Source of the DNA: Eledone cirrhosa
Taxonomy: Eukaryota
NCBI GenBank assembly: GCA_964016885.1
Contig: OZ024743.1
Span: 264,306,001 to 264,370,000, forward strand
Direction of reading: 5' to 3'
Length of the DNA stretch: 64,000 nucleotides
Of this stretch, positions 59,559-64,000 are shown in pieces. A model generated the notes under the pieces. It was not told where the DNA came from, ran no database searches, and saw only the letters and a list, made by a program, of their open reading frames with translations. Position 1 is the stretch's first letter; the number at the start of each line of letters is the position of its first letter. A program made the position numbers and the translations under genes.

Positions 59559-59670
59559 TGGTATTAAGAATATAGCAAGCTTTGAAGGTAGAGTAAGGGT
59601 GGAAACGAATACCACAACACGTCTAGTCTCGGAACGAAACAGTTGTAACAAATATCATATTGAATAAAAT

Positions 59671-59841
59671 TGTTGTGCGTTCTAATATTGCAAAACTAAA
59701 GCTCAAATTCCAAGCTTTTATTCAATATCTAGAATATAAAAACAGTAATTAGTCTTGAAGAAATATAACAATAATATTTGTAAGAAAAGAAAGATATGCA
59801 ATAAAACAAAGTTATATTGAGGATAGAAGAACTTCATAACA
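59671..59841 (-). repeat. 5' LTR
   Basis: Direct repeat of 55770-55940; AATAAA in the sense orientation. Confidence 0.95.
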
Positions 59842-60149
59842 ATAACAGTAACTAAACTATTGTTTAAACATTAACCAATTGATTTCTGATACTAACGACG
59901 ATGATGGTAAAAGTGGAGGTGGTGGTGGTGCGTCAAAATAAGGAGATTGTTTCGCAAACTCATTTATTTACGTCCCTTAATGCATTACGTTTGAATCGTG
60001 GCGACGAAAAAGAAAAACGATTACTTCACTCTCCTCAGTTGTGTCTTCGAAACCATTGTAATCAACATCAACATCAGCATGAGCATAATAACAAATGATG
60101 TTCTTTACAAATTTAGAGAAAAGAGAAGCTACTCAGGGAATAGAAACAA

Positions 60150-60569
60150 TCTATTACATTGAGCCAGCACTTCATTTGTATTATATTTTATGGAACCCAG
60201 TAGGATAAAAAGTAAAATTTACCACGTTGAGATTTGAACTCAGGAGATGAAACGACGGAATAAATACACCAAACGATGTTACTCCATGCTTTAACGATTC
60301 TGCCAAACCAATGATTTCTAGTATAGGCACAAGCCAACAATTCTGGAGGAAAGGGAAAGTCGATTAAATCGACCCCAGTGCGTTACTGGTACTTTATTTT
60401 ATCGACTTTTATCGAAAGGCAAAGTTAACATCGGCGGGATTTGAACTCAGACCGTAAAGGGCTGCAACTCTATGCTGCAAAGCATGATGTCTGCCTTTCT
60501 ACCAATACTGCCAATCCACCGCCCTATTATTCATAATTGTTTCTACTTTTGGCACAAGGCCAGCAATTA

Positions 60570-60572
<3 letters not shown>
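60150..60572 (-). mobile_element. SINE cluster (old copy, full copy ~60312-60523, 3' stub)
   Basis: Repeated gatttgaactcag and ttctactttt ggcacaagg motifs. Confidence 0.8.
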
Positions 60573-60664
<92 letters not shown>

Positions 60665-63621
60665 AGACAAAGTGATGAAAGTCAGAGCAGCCCCATAGTT
60701 TAGCTGCTTACGTAAGAGTTTTGTATGCCAGGTAGGGCATTGAGCATTACAGAACGCTTTTAGGAGAGAATTTTTATTTAAATATCTGCAGGAATAGTTG
60801 GGGTAATGTAAAACAGACTGACAGGTTTAGGTGCCTATAGAGGTTTCTTGATGATTTGGTTTCTATTCGGAGAATGAGAGTTTAGAACGAGATATGGTGC
60901 GCTTGTGTATGTCTGTGTGAGTACGTGTATCAGCATGCGCATATGTGTAGTTGAACACAGAACATGCAACTAATACCGTGTTTTTATCTGATATAGACAT
61001 CTCCCGTTCTTGAAGTGACAAGTTTGAAGTCATATTTTTTCGCTTTCCCTCTCATTACAAACTAGTTCTTCAGTCTGGTGAACATGACCCAGATTTGGGA
61101 GCTTACTAACGCATTAGCTTTAATGCTGCCAACGTATATATATATTGATCATGCTGTGTCTTGACTCGGGATAGTTGACATTCACAATTACTAAACGGCA
61201 GCAGTAGAATATAGACAAGGTTTAAAACAACAGTGATAGCAGACCGGGATTCCGATCAAATTCCTAATATTATATTTGTGATGTATGTAAGTTTACGATA
61301 AGAGAAGAAATATCTAACACTGTGGGTAGAGATCTGTATGGAATAATAAAATGTAATTCCTAAACCGCGAGATGTTTAACCACTTCCCTTCTCCGCTTGT
61401 CTAACATTCGCCAATTATTTTTTTAAATTATTTAAATTCTTTATAAAAATTGTTTTTGGGTTGCGAAATATCAGGGATAGAACATCGAGGCAATTGACTT
61501 GCGATATGTGTTCTGCACTCTAATGCACGAATCTAGTACTGGAGTGATTATTTTTCTGTTTCGAGGGATTCAGCTATGGTATTACATAAAAGATCAACAG
61601 GAATTGAGGGTTCAAGTACGGATGAAAGAAAATAAGTGAATGTATTTTTTTCTAAGCGATTTTATCAAGGAAGACAAAATTGATGATTCATTCCACCTTT
61701 ACTTGGGAAACTAGTGATGATTTCGAAGTTTTCTCATCTCTGCGACGGGTTACTAAAGGTTTAATTAATTTTATTATAATTTTATCCTAAAATTTCAAAA
61801 GAATTTAAAATGAAAAGAAAAAGAAAACGGATAACTACAATCGAAGTGAATTTAGCTCACTAAAATGAAATTATATTTACAATATTTTGATTCATGTATT
61901 TTTTATTTCTCCCTTCAATCATGAAATAGAGATTTCATCTAATCTTCCGACTAATAATCGTCAAATATTGTTAAGTTTGTTTTTAATGTTTAATGCTTGT
62001 CGGTCAATTTACCACTCAGACTTCCCATTTGAAACGTAGCCCTAGTTTGGGCCTTGCGTTCACACTGGTAAATAACATCCAGCATTTGCTTCTAAGCCCA
62101 ATTCCAACTGCAATCAACTACACCAAGAAATATCAAGCAACAGGAAGATTATATATTCCATTATTGTACATTTTCAACCATTACAACCCATTACTATAGA
62201 GCCTCCATGTGACTGCTTGAGCTGTCGAGAAATAAACATTATTTGCAGTAGGTTTATCTGGCGTTATTGGCAAGAGAAACAATCAGAGAAAAGCTCTCTT
62301 AATTGTTCTTCTTTGGTGTGTGTGAGTGAGAATGGACATTTACTGGGAATAATTGTTTCTAGGTGGAGGCAATGCCAGTAATTTCGGAGGAAGGGGAAAG
62401 TGGATTAAATTGACTCAATACTTGATGAATGAGAAAGTTGACCGTGAAGTGTTTTGAACTCAGAACATAGCTCATTGAAAATAAATAAGAAAACCTAGTA
62501 CTGTTAATGTAGAAACATGACTAACATAATTTCTTTGAAATTATTTTTATGTGCTTGGTACTTGACAGTGTATAAAGACTATATAGAGAATACCGATAGT
62601 GCAGTTTTAGGAGGGTACATCTTTGAAATGTGTATTCGTTTTCATATTGTTTATTTTATTTTCACCTTTACATAAAGAATTGAGCTCCCACCTCTCCATC
62701 TCTCATTCCCGCTTTCCACTCTGCAACCCCTCTCTGTCGTTATATGTATATATACATTAAACCCAACTTTCATTAATGATTTCTAAGATAATATATTGGT
62801 AAAAGGTTGTCACCGGTTTTACTTCATAATTTCTCAGTCAATGGTTTTATGATTATATGCTATCTAGTACAGATAGTTTTCGAGTTGTTTACGATAGTTA
62901 AGCGTTACTTAGATACATTGTGGAAGAATGTTATAAACCAGAGAGAAACATGCGCTTAATTTACATAATATCATTTGTATAGTATACAAATAGGTGCAAA
63001 ACTGCTACAAAATTGGAAGAGCCGAATCAAGAAATTTGCACTCAAAATATAGAACACGTTAACATTCATTTGATTATCAGGAAAAAATGTAACTGTAAAT
63101 GTATTCTCTTTTTTTTTCTATATATGCCTGTGATGATGGGAGAAGTAGTACATATTCTGGTGTCTATAAGCGAATAATTGGGTAATTTGAAATGAATGTG
63201 AATTTGTTTCTTTGATGGTTTCCTCAGATCTGTGAATAATTACTCGATTCTCAGATTAAATACCGGAGATTACATTTGCTGAATGTACAATTGAATTTAT
63301 AATAACTACACACGTGGGTGGGGAGTGATCTTCATTATATATTATTGCAGAAAATGTTCTTGTTTAACTTGCATGACAGTGTGTATTTCTCCCTCGTAAT
63401 ATTGTTATTTTAACAGACATGTGGTGAATTTTATTTTTTTACTTGACCATCTTCCAATATTCCAACTGTTGTCAATGTATAGAACTTTTATGCGGGAACC
63501 TGTAAGAGAAATGCTAAACAATTTGGTATAGAATATATACATCAGTCGCAACAAATCGCCTGAATTACGTACACTTTCGTTACGGAACCTCTTATTTTCT
63601 GACATTACTTGATATTAATAC

Positions 63622-63720
63622 GAGGTTAACTTTGCCTTTCATCCTTATGGGGTCGATAAAATAAAGTACCAGTAATGCACTGGGTATTTGCTGCCCTTGT
63701 GCCAAACGTAGAAACAATTA
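63622..63720 (+). mobile_element. 5'-truncated SINE with 18-bp TSD
   Basis: attacttgatattaatac at 63604-63621 and 63717-63734. Confidence 0.9.
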
Positions 63721-64000
63721 CTTGATATTAATACAATTATCAATTACCAAATCATGATACCTATATTAATAGTATTTATTCAAAGTACATATATCTATTT
63801 TATTTATCATTTATTCAAGATCGATAGGACAGTTTCAATGGCCCTTTATTTTTCAAAGGGCTTCACGGAATGGTTGAAATAAGTAATACTTGTGTCGGAG
63901 AATTGGTCCGCTGAAGGCACGAAAGTGTCCGGTGGTTGAGATGGTAAACAACACTTTGTATTTAAGTCTAAACATATGACATAATGAGTCGGTACAGTGC

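Larger units (their letters stand above)
55770..59841 (-). mobile_element. Ty3/Gypsy LTR retrotransposon, near full length
   Basis: TG...CA LTRs of 171 bp, 5-bp TSD ATAAC (55765-55769 / 59842-59846), gag-PR-RT-RH-IN order. Confidence 0.97.

Overview
AT-rich, microsatellite-laden eukaryotic DNA, probably cephalopod (Octopus-like, inferred from the tRNA/Nin-domain SINE and base composition). No host gene is confidently visible; a few minus-strand exon candidates are listed at low confidence. The window is dominated by retroelements: (i) Penelope-like elements (PLEs; three Naiad-like RT/GIY-YIG families and one Neptune-like copy) and their non-coding derivatives, nearly all inserted in (TA)n tracts; (ii) about 20 type I hammerhead ribozyme (HHR) motifs, intact, variant or degenerate, from several families, most with a short palindromic stem III; (iii) a near-complete Ty3/Gypsy LTR element (171-bp LTRs, ATAAC TSD) with a self-complementary instead of tRNA-type PBS, plus a decayed RT-less relative; (iv) decayed R4/Dong-like and L1/Tx1-like LINEs; (v) many SINE copies. 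The most striking pattern is a repeated architecture from 0.14 to 4.6 kb: head-to-head fold-backs with two outward-facing HHR-bearing 3' ends, one short arm and one arm with an extra tail of about 65-120 bp. In the smallest copies the fold-back centre sits exactly in a hammerhead hairpin (stem II or stem III). All folds and alignments were done by eye.
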